Source: Verrucomicrobiota bacterium (GTDB lineage: Bacteria > Verrucomicrobiota > Verrucomicrobiia > JAWXBN01 > JAWXCD01). From it: a DNA stretch of 64,000 nucleotides. Under the pieces are notes generated by a model, which saw only the letters and a program-made list of their open reading frames with translations, made no database searches and was not told where the DNA came from. Shown piece after piece: positions 1-8,663 of the stretch (position 1 is the first letter of the stretch; every line of letters starts with the position of its first letter). The position numbers were made by a program, and so were the translations under genes. The stretch spans positions 5,353 to 69,352 of the forward strand of contig JAWXCD010000084.1 in NCBI GenBank assembly GCA_034440535.1. Reading direction: 5' to 3'.

Positions 1-343
1 CCCGAAACAATGATTTGGGGAGTAAACGAGCGACAATGATAAATCCTAACAGATAAGTGATCGACAATATCAAGGCGGCCCAAGCCGACAACCCTGAATG
101 AGCCATCCATCGGAGGTAAAATAATGTCGCACACACTTGGACGAGTGAATTACAGGAATACAATGTCGCAAAAAGATTCTCAGAATTCTCAAGCAACTCC
201 TCAAGAATTATCGCGCTTTTTTGGCGGCGTTTCACCCGCTCCTTGAGTCTGATTCGATCAAGCGTCAGCACCCCCGTTTCCAATCCAGTAAATAGAAAGG
301 AAAGCAACCAGCACACTATAATTCCAAAGACAGCTACACTCAC
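1..343 (-). CDS. CNNM/DUF21-family (CorB/TlyC-like) membrane protein, N-terminal part; the gene runs off the left edge
   Basis: Absent from the ORF track because it is edge-truncated. The minus-strand frame from GTG at 343 stays open to nt 1. It reads VSVAVFGIIVCWLLSFLFTGLETGVLTLDRIRLKERVKRRQKSAIILEELLENSENLFATL..., a DUF21-like opening paralogous to the upstream gene. GTGA start/stop overlap with 340..1638. Confidence 0.6.
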   Translation of the reverse strand, partial: MSVAVFGIIVCWLLSFLFTGLETGVLTLDRIRLKERVKRRQKSAIILEELLENSENLFATLYSCNSLVQVCATLFYLRWMAHSGLSAWAALILSITYLLGFIIVARLLPKSLFR

Positions 344-1638
344 GAGGTTTTCTCCTCGTTTTGGCGTTCCTCTTCGAGGGCTTCTTCCTGTTCGGCAGTA
401 AACACTAACTTTTCAACCATCACTTGCAATACCCGGTGCCGGGATATCTTCTGAACGATAAACCGCGCCCCGGGCAAATCGATCACCGACCCCACATGCG
501 CGTTATTTTCAAGTTTCACCTGAACGAGTCCGCCTACGGTATCAATGTCATCCTCAACCACATCAATGCCTGTGACTTCCTGTAACTCCTTGAGTTTGGT
601 TGATCCGTTCACAAAATATTTACCTTCGGCCAATTTTTCTATAAGCCACTCTTTTCTGTCGAAGTCACCTTCGACGTCACCAAAAATTTCTTCGCGTATA
701 TCGCCATCGGTCACAACTCCGGAAGAGCCCCCGAACTCATCAACCACAATGGCGACTCGTGCGTTTCTGGTGAGAAAGAACTTTAAAAGTGTGAGCGCTT
801 TCATCGTCTCGGGAACGTACAGAGGTGGTTCCATCATTTCGGATATGTCAGTTCCCATTTCCGTTAAAAACCGTTTGGTGCTGAGCACTCCAATAATCAA
901 GTCTGGCGTGGTATCAAACACGGGAATGGCCCGATGCCGAATGGGCCGAATCGTTTCTTCTATCCGCATAGTCGACCAATCGTTCCCCACTGCCACCATG
1001 TCAACCCGAGGAGTCATAACATCACGGACTGACTTGTCGCCAAGCTTTACGATGGACTGAATCATGGCACTCTCGGTTTCCTTCAGAAACCCTTCCTCTT
1101 CGCCTGTTTGAATGACTGTTTGAAATTCCGATTCGTTCAAGGTCGTCTTTAATTTGTATCGTAACGTGGCCCGGCGCACCACGGAAGACACAAGGTTCTC
1201 AAACAAATTCGACACTGGCCTAATCCGGTCCCGCACCACTTTAAATGGATGCACAATTTTTAACGAAATTTGTAACGGATTATGCACGGCAATCGTTTTG
1301 GGGATAATCTCAGTACCGATGAGAAGGAGAAGGAACACGATAAAACTAACCACAAAAAAGTGGAGCCCAGGGAACGAGTAATAAAACAAAGACCAAAAAA
1401 CCACTGTCGCCGCAAAGATGGATGCTGTGTGTCCGATAACGATGACATTGAGGACCTGTTCAGGTTTTTCCAAAAGTTCCGATAAAGGTTGGCCATACTT
1501 CGGGTTCTTTTCCCGCAGCCGTCTTACCTGCAAGGGCTTCAAGGAAAAAAAGGCTCCTTCCGCTAACGAAAAAAATGCGGCTGACACGACCAACCCCAAA
1601 AGCAATATACTGAGTCCAATAACCACCATGACTTCCAT
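340..1638 (-). CDS. CNNM/CorB-TlyC family protein (DUF21 TM domain + CBS pair + CorC_HlyC C-terminal domain)
   Basis: 432-aa ORF. Hydrophobic N-terminal third, a central CBS-like region ('VRDVMTPRVDMVAV', 'HRAIPVFD'), and a C-terminal 'DTVGGLV...RFIVQKISRHRVLQV' transporter-associated domain. Confidence 0.85.
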   Translation of the reverse strand: MEVMVVIGLSILLLGLVVSAAFFSLAEGAFFSLKPLQVRRLREKNPKYGQPLSELLEKPEQVLNVIVIGHTASIFAATVVFWSLFYYSFPGLHFFVVSFIVFLLLLIGTEIIPKTIAVHNPLQISLKIVHPFKVVRDRIRPVSNLFENLVSSVVRRATLRYKLKTTLNESEFQTVIQTGEEEGFLKETESAMIQSIVKLGDKSVRDVMTPRVDMVAVGNDWSTMRIEETIRPIRHRAIPVFDTTPDLIIGVLSTKRFLTEMGTDISEMMEPPLYVPETMKALTLLKFFLTRNARVAIVVDEFGGSSGVVTDGDIREEIFGDVEGDFDRKEWLIEKLAEGKYFVNGSTKLKELQEVTGIDVVEDDIDTVGGLVQVKLENNAHVGSVIDLPGARFIVQKISRHRVLQVMVEKLVFTAEQEEALEEERQNEEKTS

Positions 1639-1915
1639 CTTGCCCGAATCTTGTCCCGATTCCGCGCTTCCTGCAACAGATTTGAAATTCGACCCTCAGT
1701 AATCGTCTTGAGTTAGGTTTGCCTTATGTAGGTGCAAAACCCCTCCGTTGTGGGGCATGGCTCGGATCACATGCCAATAAAGTCCATCGTCTCATCCCTC
1801 CGATCGTGTACCGGAAGGACGGGTTAAGCATAAAATCGATGAAGATGACTCACTCTGGAGTCGTCTTAAGACTGCCTATTTATTGAGGCCGTAAAACCAC
1901 CCGTTTCAATGGGCG

Positions 1916-2941
1916 TTAATACGAAGCTTGAGCGCCTTTTATGTTGCGCTTTTCAATCCAGGGCATGAGTGAACGAAGGCGGGAACCGACTTTCTCAATG
2001 CTATGAGATTCGCCTTTTTTAAGAAGTTGATGATACTTCTTATACCCGGTCTCGTACTCACGAATCCAGCCCTTGGCGAACTTACCATTTTGAACTTCTG
2101 TAAGAGCGACTTTCATACGTTTTTTGACCGAGCTATCAATGATCTTTGGCCCCACGCTGATATCACCCCACTTGGCCGTTTCAGAAATCGAGAAACGCAT
2201 CCCGGCAATACCGGCTTCGTTGATAAGATCAACAATCAGTTTCAGTTCGTGGAGACACTCAAAATAAGCCATTTCAGGTTGGTACCCGGCCTCAATAAGC
2301 GTTTCGTACCCAGCCTGAATTAAAGCTGTCACGCCACCGCACAGGACCACTTGCTCACCGAAAAGATCAGTTTCAGTTTCTTCTTTAAAGGTCGTCTCAA
2401 GCACACCACCGCGCGTTCCGCCCACGCCTTTGGCCCATGCTAATGCCACTTGTTTGGCTTTCTTACTTGGATTCTGATAAATCGCGATCAAAGCAGGCAC
2501 CCCTTTGCCCTCGAGGAACTGGCGCCGCACAATGTGGCCAGGACCTTTAGGGGCAACCATGATAACGTCCACGTTCTTAGGTGGTACAATTGTTTTAAAA
2601 TGAATTGAGAAGCCGTGCGAAAATAAAAGAGTTTTTCCGGGAGTCAGATTAGGTTCGATGTCATTTTTGTACACCTTGGGCTGTTTAGTATCGGGAATAC
2701 CAATCATGATCACATCCCCACGGCGAACTGCTTCGCCTGTTTCATAAACCTTAAATCCCTTTTTCTTAGCCACTTCGACGGACTTACTGCCCTTGTAGAG
2801 ACCCACGATGACATTGATTCCACTTTCCTTCAGGTTCAACGCATGCGCGTGACCTTGGGACCCGAAACCAAGGACGGCCACGGTTTTGTTTTTCAAATAC
2901 TTAAGGTCTGCATCTTTTTCTGTGTATACTTTAGCTAGCAT
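1916..2941 (-). CDS. ilvC: ketol-acid reductoisomerase (class I)
   Basis: 341 aa. N-terminal '[23 protein letters not shown]' NADP-binding motif and full-length KARI-like sequence. Confidence 0.95.
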   Translation of the reverse strand: MLAKVYTEKDADLKYLKNKTVAVLGFGSQGHAHALNLKESGINVIVGLYKGSKSVEVAKKKGFKVYETGEAVRRGDVIMIGIPDTKQPKVYKNDIEPNLTPGKTLLFSHGFSIHFKTIVPPKNVDVIMVAPKGPGHIVRRQFLEGKGVPALIAIYQNPSKKAKQVALAWAKGVGGTRGGVLETTFKEETETDLFGEQVVLCGGVTALIQAGYETLIEAGYQPEMAYFECLHELKLIVDLINEAGIAGMRFSISETAKWGDISVGPKIIDSSVKKRMKVALTEVQNGKFAKGWIREYETGYKKYHQLLKKGESHSIEKVGSRLRSLMPWIEKRNIKGAQASY

Positions 2942-2983
2942 AATTATCCTGGTTGATTTTTAAATTTAAAAAGCGGTTCTTTT

Positions 2984-3457
2984 CTATCTCCGCGGCATCG
3001 CAACTTTGCCGGTACGCGTAATGTTCTCAAGGCCAAACGAACTCATCAGGCCCAGAAATTTCTCAATCTTACTTTCATCACCGGTGACCTCGATGGTCAG
3101 GTTGTGGGGTTGCACATCCACAATCTTAGCGCGAAAAATATCACAAATCTGCATCACTTCTGCGCGGGACTTCGAGTTGACGCTCACTTTTACAAGGACC
3201 AATTCCCGATCCACATACTCACCGTCTTTAAAATCATCTACCTTCAAAACGTCGACGAGCTTGTTTAATTGCTTGGTCACTTGCTCAAGAACGTTGTCAT
3301 CCCCGCGCACCACAATCGTCATGCGAGACGTTTTTGGATCATGGGTCGGCGCCACGTTCAGCGTGTCGATGTTATAGCCGCGTCCGCTGAATAGACCTGC
3401 GATGCGGACTAGCACACCGAATTTATTTTCTACTAAAACTGAAATCGTATGTCGCAT
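2984..3457 (-). CDS. ilvN: acetolactate synthase small (regulatory) subunit
   Basis: 157 aa. ACT-domain opening 'HTISVLVENKFGVLVRIAGLFSGRGYNIDTL'. Sits directly upstream of ilvC. Confidence 0.9.
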   Translation of the reverse strand: MRHTISVLVENKFGVLVRIAGLFSGRGYNIDTLNVAPTHDPKTSRMTIVVRGDDNVLEQVTKQLNKLVDVLKVDDFKDGEYVDRELVLVKVSVNSKSRAEVMQICDIFRAKIVDVQPHNLTIEVTGDESKIEKFLGLMSSFGLENITRTGKVAMPRR

Positions 3458-3525
3458 AAATGGGCATTTTGTATAAAGACTCTACTTTAGCTTGCCAAGC
3501 ACTATTTCTCCCGTTGTATCAAGGC

Positions 3526-4785
3526 ATGGCTCCGCATCACTCACCGTTTTCATCGCTTTTTTCGCGAGTGGTCATCCTGTTCCTTGTCGTGCGATGCCTG
3601 ACTTATGTGGCTGGCTGGACCATGGCCAGAGTCGATCCCGATTCTTTTGATCGGACGAACTATGAAACTCTCTTTTTCCATCGACCAGAAGACCCGCGCA
3701 TGCAGCCGGACGCGCAGATTCCCTTTAAAAGCCTATGGAATTATGGTGATAGCGAATGGTACCTTTCGATCGCTGAACACGGTTACCCTACACGTTCTGA
3801 GTTTGATTCGGTCAATCAGTCTGGCGGGGTCGTTCCAACGACAACTGATAATAGTAAGGTGCGATATGCCTTTTTCCCGTTGTTTCCCATGTGTATCCGA
3901 CTTTTTGCGGTGTTTTTACCCGTTGAATGGGCCGCGTTTTGCGTCATCCAACTCGTTTCTCTTGCAGGCATATTCGTGCTGACCAAACTGTGGAAGTTGT
4001 ATTTTCCAGATCAAGAAATCAAAGCGCTCTTCGCTTTTTCGCTCCTGTTCCTTTTCCCATTTTCAGTATTTTTTGCCTGTTATTATACCGAAAGCCTCTT
4101 TCTTCTATTGAGCGCGTGCTGTTTTCTATTCGTGAAACAGAAAAGATGGTTGCTCATGTTTGCTGCAGGGTTCCTCCTCTGCCTGACTCGGCCTAACGGT
4201 GTCTTTATCGTGTTCCCCTTGTTTTTAGCTCTGACTCAGGAAGACCTCTGTAAACGAAACATGCGAGGTTTTCTCTTCTCGAATCTGGTTCCGAAATTTT
4301 GCGTGGCTGCTATTCCCCTTGGACTCGCATCCTACTTTGTGGTGAATCATATTAAGACAGGAAATTGGAAAACCTTTTCAATCGTTCAAAAAGAATTTTG
4401 GAAATACGAGAACGCATCGATCCTCACGAATTTTTATAATAATGTTATCCAACATTCCTTAACTTTCTTCACCCGACCCTTACACGATTCCTCCGGGTCA
4501 CAAGTTGACTACCTCGTGATGATCTTTGTAGCGTGCACATTAATTTACATGCTCATTTCGCGATTCCCGCTCGAACTGACCTTGTGGACCGGGATGATCT
4601 GGGCCGTCCCCCTGCTCACTAAAGATCTCATGTCTTTTTCACGATACATGTCTATTTCATTCCCACTTTTTTTCATGATAGGCCTCAGAGCTTCCAAACA
4701 GTTGAATCGCTCAATGATTGTCTTGTTTTCGATCGGCTACTTCCTCGCCGTCTGGGGCATTGTTAATTATCGGTGGGTTGGATGA
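3526..4785 (+). CDS. polytopic membrane protein, GT-C-like glycosyltransferase (PIG-V/DUF2029-type motif)
   Basis: The ORF track gives 3460..4785. I prefer ATG 3526 because 3460 lies 2 nt from the divergent ilvN start. About 10 hydrophobic segments and a 'GDSEWYLSIAEHGY' loop motif typical of mannosyltransferase-like GT-C proteins. Confidence 0.5.
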   Translation: MAPHHSPFSSLFSRVVILFLVVRCLTYVAGWTMARVDPDSFDRTNYETLFFHRPEDPRMQPDAQIPFKSLWNYGDSEWYLSIAEHGYPTRSEFDSVNQSGGVVPTTTDNSKVRYAFFPLFPMCIRLFAVFLPVEWAAFCVIQLVSLAGIFVLTKLWKLYFPDQEIKALFAFSLLFLFPFSVFFACYYTESLFLLLSACCFLFVKQKRWLLMFAAGFLLCLTRPNGVFIVFPLFLALTQEDLCKRNMRGFLFSNLVPKFCVAAIPLGLASYFVVNHIKTGNWKTFSIVQKEFWKYENASILTNFYNNVIQHSLTFFTRPLHDSSGSQVDYLVMIFVACTLIYMLISRFPLELTLWTGMIWAVPLLTKDLMSFSRYMSISFPLFFMIGLRASKQLNRSMIVLFSIGYFLAVWGIVNYRWVG

Positions 4786-4827
4786 CATTTAACGTTGTCC
4801 CTTTTCGATTCCGAGTTTAGACTTTTC

Positions 4828-5196
4828 TACGAAGAGTACGTTATCGCGGTACTTCGAAAGAGGTGCTGAGGAAAGTCCGGACACCATAGGGCATCATGCC
4901 GTGGATAATACGCGGGCAGTTCAGGCTCAAGCTTGAATTGACAGACAGTGCCACAGAAAATAAACCGCCCCGCTTTTTCGAAAGAAAGACCGGTGGTAAG
5001 GGTGAAAAGGCGGGGTAAAAGCCCACCGCTCCATTGGCAACAATGGAGGCACGGAAAACCTCATGAGGTGCAAGACCAAATAGGGAGTCTCAAACGGCCC
5101 GTTCATCATGACTCCGGGTACTGGTCGCATAGACAAATGATAACGACCCCGTCTAAACAACGGGATACAGAATCCGGCTTATCGCCCTTCAGTTAT
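4828..5196 (+). ncRNA. rnpB: RNase P RNA, bacterial type A
   Basis: Universal P4 motif 'GAGGAAAGTCCGGAC' at 4868-4882. Also 'CAGTGCCACAGAAAATAAACCGCC', 'GGTAAGGGTGAAAAGGCGGGGTAAAAGCCCACCG', 'CAAGACCAAATAGGG' and the 3' 'ACAGAATCCGGCTTATCG'. Collinear with E. coli M1 RNA. Ends are approximate (+/-5 nt). Confidence 0.88.
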
Positions 5197-5238
5197 CGCC
5201 TTCCGCGCCTTAAAAAGGCCGGAAGGCGTTCCTTTTTT
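5197..5238 (+). terminator. intrinsic terminator after rnpB
   Basis: Hairpin CGCCTTCCG(c)GCC-ttaaaaa-GGCCGGAAGGCG followed by TTCCTTTTTT. Confidence 0.7.
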
Positions 5239-5347
5239 AAAGTTCGCCTTGGTTACAGCTGGTGTATTCTCATACCTATCTAGCCTTGATCAAGGACCTA
5301 TTGTATTTAAACTGGCACCTTCACTATCATCCGATAATGAACCTATT

Positions 5348-5833
5348 ATGAATCCCAGCCGCGTCTTCAACGTGTTAAACTCTCACCAAGTCAGCTACCT
5401 CTTGATTGGAGGTTTGAACTTTGCAATGAACTTCAGGCCGGAATATTTAACCTTCGACATAGACCTGTTTGTCCAAGACTCCCCCTCAAACCTCGCTTCT
5501 CTTAACAAAGCCCTGATTACACTGGAATCCTCATGGGGGCCTGACGATATATCGTGGCATGCCATACCAGACGATGACGGTAAATGGCTTACGAAACAGT
5601 CATGTTTTTGTCTTGTGACCGCCTCAGGACCAGTGGATGTTTTCAGGGCCGTGCAAGGATTGGAAAATCGCTATATAGAATGTTATGACGCTGGAAATGA
5701 CCGACAGACGCTCGATGGAATAACTTATCGCAGCCTCTCCGCACCTCACATGCTAGAATGTCAATTAGCGCTCGATGAAAAGGATCGCAAGCTTGACCGT
5801 GTTCGATTTCTGAGGGAAATTATGGAGAAATGA
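5348..5833 (+). CDS. minimal nucleotidyltransferase-fold protein (MNT/AbiEii/DUF6036-like), hypothetical
   Basis: 'VSYLLIGGLNFAMNFRPEYLTFDIDLFV' resembles the GG...G..R.T.DIDL NTase motif. The ORF-track start 5249 (TTG) abuts the rnpB terminator, so the in-frame ATG 5348 is preferred. Confidence 0.45.
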   Translation: MNPSRVFNVLNSHQVSYLLIGGLNFAMNFRPEYLTFDIDLFVQDSPSNLASLNKALITLESSWGPDDISWHAIPDDDGKWLTKQSCFCLVTASGPVDVFRAVQGLENRYIECYDAGNDRQTLDGITYRSLSAPHMLECQLALDEKDRKLDRVRFLREIMEK

Positions 5834-6069
5834 ACGATAGGGATGATACCAAATCCAAGGAAGAATCGAAACGCAATGCCATTCTTACCGAACGTCAGAA
5901 GGCAGAATTCTACGAAAAATACTTACAATGGGCGTTTGCAAATATTCCATCTGTAGCCGAAAGACTCACCCCTAAATATTGTAAACAAAAAGAGGCCCGC
6001 CTGCTTCAGGGACTGGCAAAGCACAACCGAAACAAGTCTGACTCAACACAAAAGTCAAATGTTCATTGA
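5830..6069 (+). CDS. small charged hypothetical protein, translationally coupled to the NTase-like gene
   Basis: 79 aa. ATGA overlap with 5348..5833. K/E-rich and predicted helical. No recognisable motif. Confidence 0.4.
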   Translation: MNDRDDTKSKEESKRNAILTERQKAEFYEKYLQWAFANIPSVAERLTPKYCKQKEARLLQGLAKHNRNKSDSTQKSNVH

Positions 6070-6162
6070 CCGGACTCGGTATCCATTTTGACCTTTGCGT
6101 GCGTGACGATCGAACGATCACTCCAAAAAGTCTAGGGGGTTCTCATTGGCGGATGTTTTTAA

Positions 6163-6246
6163 AGTCACTTAGGAGTCACTTAGGGGCAGACAAATTATTT
6201 TTCGCTGATCATAGCGTTCATATGAACTCAGATAGTTTGTCCGTCC
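6163..6246 (+). repeat. imperfect palindromic intergenic element, copy E1
   Basis: Tandem 'AGTCACTTAGG' x2, then 'GGCAGACAAATTAT'-32 nt-'GATAGTTTGTCCGTCC' (inverted arms) with an inner 'CGCTGATCATAGCG' palindrome. The 5' 55 nt are shared with E2. Confidence 0.7.
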
Positions 6247-6283
6247 ACGTTGGCACTCTACTCCTAGCAGGGGAAATACATCG

Positions 6284-6754
6284 TTATAAAAGGACGACCA
6301 GCCCTTCGGCCTCGACCAGTTTTTTCTGATTTGCATCAAAAGTAAGGAAGTGCGTTAACCGGAGGTGCTTGACTGTGGCTAAATGCAGGATGTCCATTGG
6401 GCGGTGGCCACCGGTCATGGTGTTTTTTGCAGAAAGCGACTCTGCTAGGCTATGAACATCCGGCCATTCCACCGATTCGAGCAACAAACCCCTTGCATCG
6501 AGATTCTTAGCAAGTGCTGAAATCATGTGATCAGCCTCCCGCTTTGAAAATCCCTTTGTCCGGTCCTTGCTGTGACGATAAACTTGAAAGCGAGCGGATT
6601 GCCGAAACTCCCAAAGCACCAATGAAGAAACGACCACGTTCCCAGTTAGCCCTGTCGCCATAAGTTCATCAGCCTCAGCCGAGTTATCCTGTTCCCTAAA
6701 TAAGGCGCAAAGGAACGAAGTATCGGTAAAACAACGCAAGCTACTCCTCCCCAT
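6284..6754 (-). CDS. vapC: PIN-domain toxin (VapC family)
   Basis: PIN acidic residues in context: 'FTDTSFL', 'LVLWEF', 'PMDILHLA', 'FLTFDANQ'. The ORF-track start 6832 overlaps the antitoxin by 92 nt, so ATG 6754 (14-nt overlap) is preferred. Confidence 0.8.
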   Translation of the reverse strand: MGRSSLRCFTDTSFLCALFREQDNSAEADELMATGLTGNVVVSSLVLWEFRQSARFQVYRHSKDRTKGFSKREADHMISALAKNLDARGLLLESVEWPDVHSLAESLSAKNTMTGGHRPMDILHLATVKHLRLTHFLTFDANQKKLVEAEGLVVLL

Positions 6755-6992
6755 CCAATTCGGCGGCCCGCATTTCTGCAACCTCTTTAGCGCTAAATTT
6801 GCGCCCCTTCCAAATGGCTTTACGCTGAGCACGAAAGTCGATCTTGGGCGTCAGGACAGGTTTAACCTCGATAGGGAGGAGCCGGGCATAAGGCTTGCCT
6901 CTTTTAAGGATTTCCACGGTTTCCCCATTGTCGAGCCATGCGGAAACCCGACGAAAGTGATTTCTCAAATCAGCAGTGGTGACAGTATTCAT
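6741..6992 (-). CDS. Phd/YefM-type antitoxin
   Basis: 'MNTVTTADLRNHFRRVSAWLDNGETVEILKRGKPYARLLPIE' is a typical Phd/YefM N-terminus. Sits immediately upstream of the PIN gene. Confidence 0.8.
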   Translation of the reverse strand: MNTVTTADLRNHFRRVSAWLDNGETVEILKRGKPYARLLPIEVKPVLTPKIDFRAQRKAIWKGRKFSAKEVAEMRAAELDGEE

Positions 6993-7048
6993 GATATAAA
7001 AATATATCATCGACTCCGGCCTGTCAAGTTTTGGGCCTTATAATCCAG

Positions 7049-7173
7049 AGTCACTTAGGGACCGACAAACTATAATCCTTCGATCATTGCGTCCAAAAAT
7101 CGATCAAATACCAGAAACGTAGAAAAGGGCTTTTTAAATGGCAAATCGTTTGTCCTACAAATATGTCCGTCCC
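7049..7173 (+). repeat. imperfect palindromic intergenic element, copy E2
   Basis: 'AGTCACTTAGGGACCGACAAACTATAATCCTTCGATCATTGCGTCC' matches the E1 5' half. The distal arm 'ATCGTTTGTCC...GTCCGTCCC' mirrors 'GGGACCGACAAAC'. Confidence 0.65.
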
Positions 7174-7211
7174 TTTTGCTACACTCGTTAGTAACCGCTG
7201 AAAAATCAGCG

Positions 7212-7649
7212 TTATATTGTCAGGGGGTTCCAGACTTCTTGAAAACCAAAACCTTGAAAATGCTTCACATTAGCTGTGGCAAAACGGGTCACTCGATGAT
7301 GACGAAGTGTAAAGGCGATCCGTGCGTCAATGATCTGCCTAAAACCCGCTTTCGTTTCCGTGGCCCAAGACCACAGCTTTTGTGAAATCATCGGATCGTA
7401 ATCAATGCACCGCCATACTGGATTTTGCTTCAATGCAAGACAATGCGATGTCGCTTCTTTAGCCGTGTAGGGCTTGGCAAATATGGCAGGATTACGAAGC
7501 TGCATATAAAGCTCCACTAGCACCAGTTCGCAAAGGACAAACTCTTCTCGGCCCTGACCCGCTTCGAGGAAAAAGTTCCGGGCTGGCTCATGATGAGGAG
7601 AATCGGGGTCTGCCGCATGGATCAGCAGGTTGGTATCGGTTGTCAGCAT
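7212..7649 (-). CDS. vapC: PIN-domain toxin (VapC family), second module
   Basis: 'MLTTDTNLLI', 'LVLVELY', 'IIDARIA', 'FATANVKHF' form a PIN signature. ATG 7649 lies 1 nt after the antitoxin stop. The ORF-track start 7760 is judged an overextension. Confidence 0.8.
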   Translation of the reverse strand: MLTTDTNLLIHAADPDSPHHEPARNFFLEAGQGREEFVLCELVLVELYMQLRNPAIFAKPYTAKEATSHCLALKQNPVWRCIDYDPMISQKLWSWATETKAGFRQIIDARIAFTLRHHRVTRFATANVKHFQGFGFQEVWNPLTI

Positions 7650-7650
7650 C

Positions 7651-7905
7651 TCAAAGCTTTGGAAAGCGGCGTTCGATGGCTTCAGCCTCGGCGGAAACCA
7701 TGGCGGGATCAAGCAAGTGTCCTCCACTTCCCCGCAGCAAAGGCATTGTCCACGGCGCACGGGTTTGAGATGTTTCAGGGCAGGTCTGGACGTATGCTTC
7801 CATGCCTCGGCGAATCAGTTCTGCTACAGACAAATCCCGCCTGAGCGCGATTTTTTTGATCTGCTGGAAAAGCGGTTCAGGCAGTTGAATTTGTGTTCTC
7901 GTCAT
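7651..7905 (-). CDS. vapB: ribbon-helix-helix (CopG/VapB-type) antitoxin
   Basis: 'MTRTQIQLPEPLFQQIKKIALRRDLSVAELIRRGMEAY' is an RHH fold pattern. Sits directly upstream of the PIN gene. Confidence 0.75.
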   Translation of the reverse strand: MTRTQIQLPEPLFQQIKKIALRRDLSVAELIRRGMEAYVQTCPETSQTRAPWTMPLLRGSGGHLLDPAMVSAEAEAIERRFPKL

Positions 7906-8037
7906 GCATACAATATAATGCATACATCAATCTAATGTCAACTGCACGGAGGCTACCTTGGATCAGCTGGGTGCTGTATCTCTCAATGTGGCATAGGCAA
8001 TCTTGTCTGTGCTTCGCAGATTTCATATTCTGCGATT

Positions 8038-8069
8038 CCCTTAAGCGAAACTCTAGCTTTGATGCGTCC
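8038..8069 (+). repeat. possible degenerate third copy (E3) of the intergenic element
   Basis: 'CCCTTAAGCGAAACTCTAGCTTTGATGCGTCC' aligns with gaps to the E2 core 'CACTTAGGGACCGACAAACTATAATCCTTCGATCATTGCGTCC'. Lies 9 nt from the trpG stop. Confidence 0.35.
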
Positions 8070-8078
8070 TTATTGGCC

Positions 8079-8654
8079 TTAGACGGAACACTTCAAAAAA
8101 TTGGCGAGGATTTTTTTGCCTTGTTGGGTCAGAATAGATTCCGGATGGAATTGGACACCGTAAATGGGGAATACCTTATGTTGAAGACCCATGATCTCTT
8201 GCTCAGCGGTTTCTGCCGTTATAACCAAATCTGAAGGAAACGTTTCCCTTTTGACGATGAGCGAATGATATCGGGTCGCGTCAAAGGGACTGGGAAGACC
8301 TTCAAAAAGACCCTCGCCCTTGTGAAGAATGGGGGACGTTTTCCCATGCATCAGCCGCTGAGCGCGAACCACTTCACCCCCAAACACGTAGCCGATACAC
8401 TGATGCCCGAGACAGACACCAAGTAGCGGCGTCGTCGGGCCAAATGTTGAAATGACCTCGTTGGAAATCCCGGCCTCCTTCGGGGTGCAAGGTCCTGGGG
8501 AGATGACAATCTTGTCTGGTTTGAGGTCAGCTATTTTCTCCAATGTGATTTGGTCATTCCTATAGACCATGGGGGCCACCCCCAATTCACCGAAGTATTG
8601 GACGAGGTTAAATGTGAAAGAATCGTAATTATCGATTATCAAGATCGATTGCAT
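8079..8654 (-). CDS. trpG: anthranilate synthase component II (glutamine amidotransferase; TrpG/PabA)
   Basis: 191 aa. '[17 protein letters not shown]', catalytic 'LGVCLGHQ' and 'GVQFHPES'. Confidence 0.93.
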   Translation of the reverse strand: MQSILIIDNYDSFTFNLVQYFGELGVAPMVYRNDQITLEKIADLKPDKIVISPGPCTPKEAGISNEVISTFGPTTPLLGVCLGHQCIGYVFGGEVVRAQRLMHGKTSPILHKGEGLFEGLPSPFDATRYHSLIVKRETFPSDLVITAETAEQEIMGLQHKVFPIYGVQFHPESILTQQGKKILANFLKCSV

Positions 8655-8663
8655 AAAATAAAA

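Noticed and set aside
4841-5283. ORF-track entries 4841..5026(-), 4927..5160(-) and 4948..5283(+) as protein-coding genes
   Set aside because: They lie entirely over the RNase P RNA (rnpB) and its terminator. Their translations are low-complexity with no motifs.
6066-6329. The 87-aa plus-strand ORF overlapping repeat element E1
   Set aside because: It reads through the palindromic element and the 3' end of vapC on the opposite strand. It has a TTG start and no motif.
6163-7173. Calling E1 and E2 bona fide attC sites
   Set aside because: The arms conserve only an AAC/GTT core ('GACAAAC'/'GTTTGTC') and not the canonical RYYYAAC/GTTRRRY boxes. No integrase is in the window. I kept it as a hypothesis to test rather than a feature call.
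7893-8234. The 113-aa plus-strand ORF spanning the vapB-2 / trpG intergenic region
   Set aside because: It overlaps the trpG 3' end antisense and has no motifs. The hairpin TCGCAGA-8 nt-TCTGCGA at 8013-8036 has no T-run on either strand, so I did not call it a terminator either.
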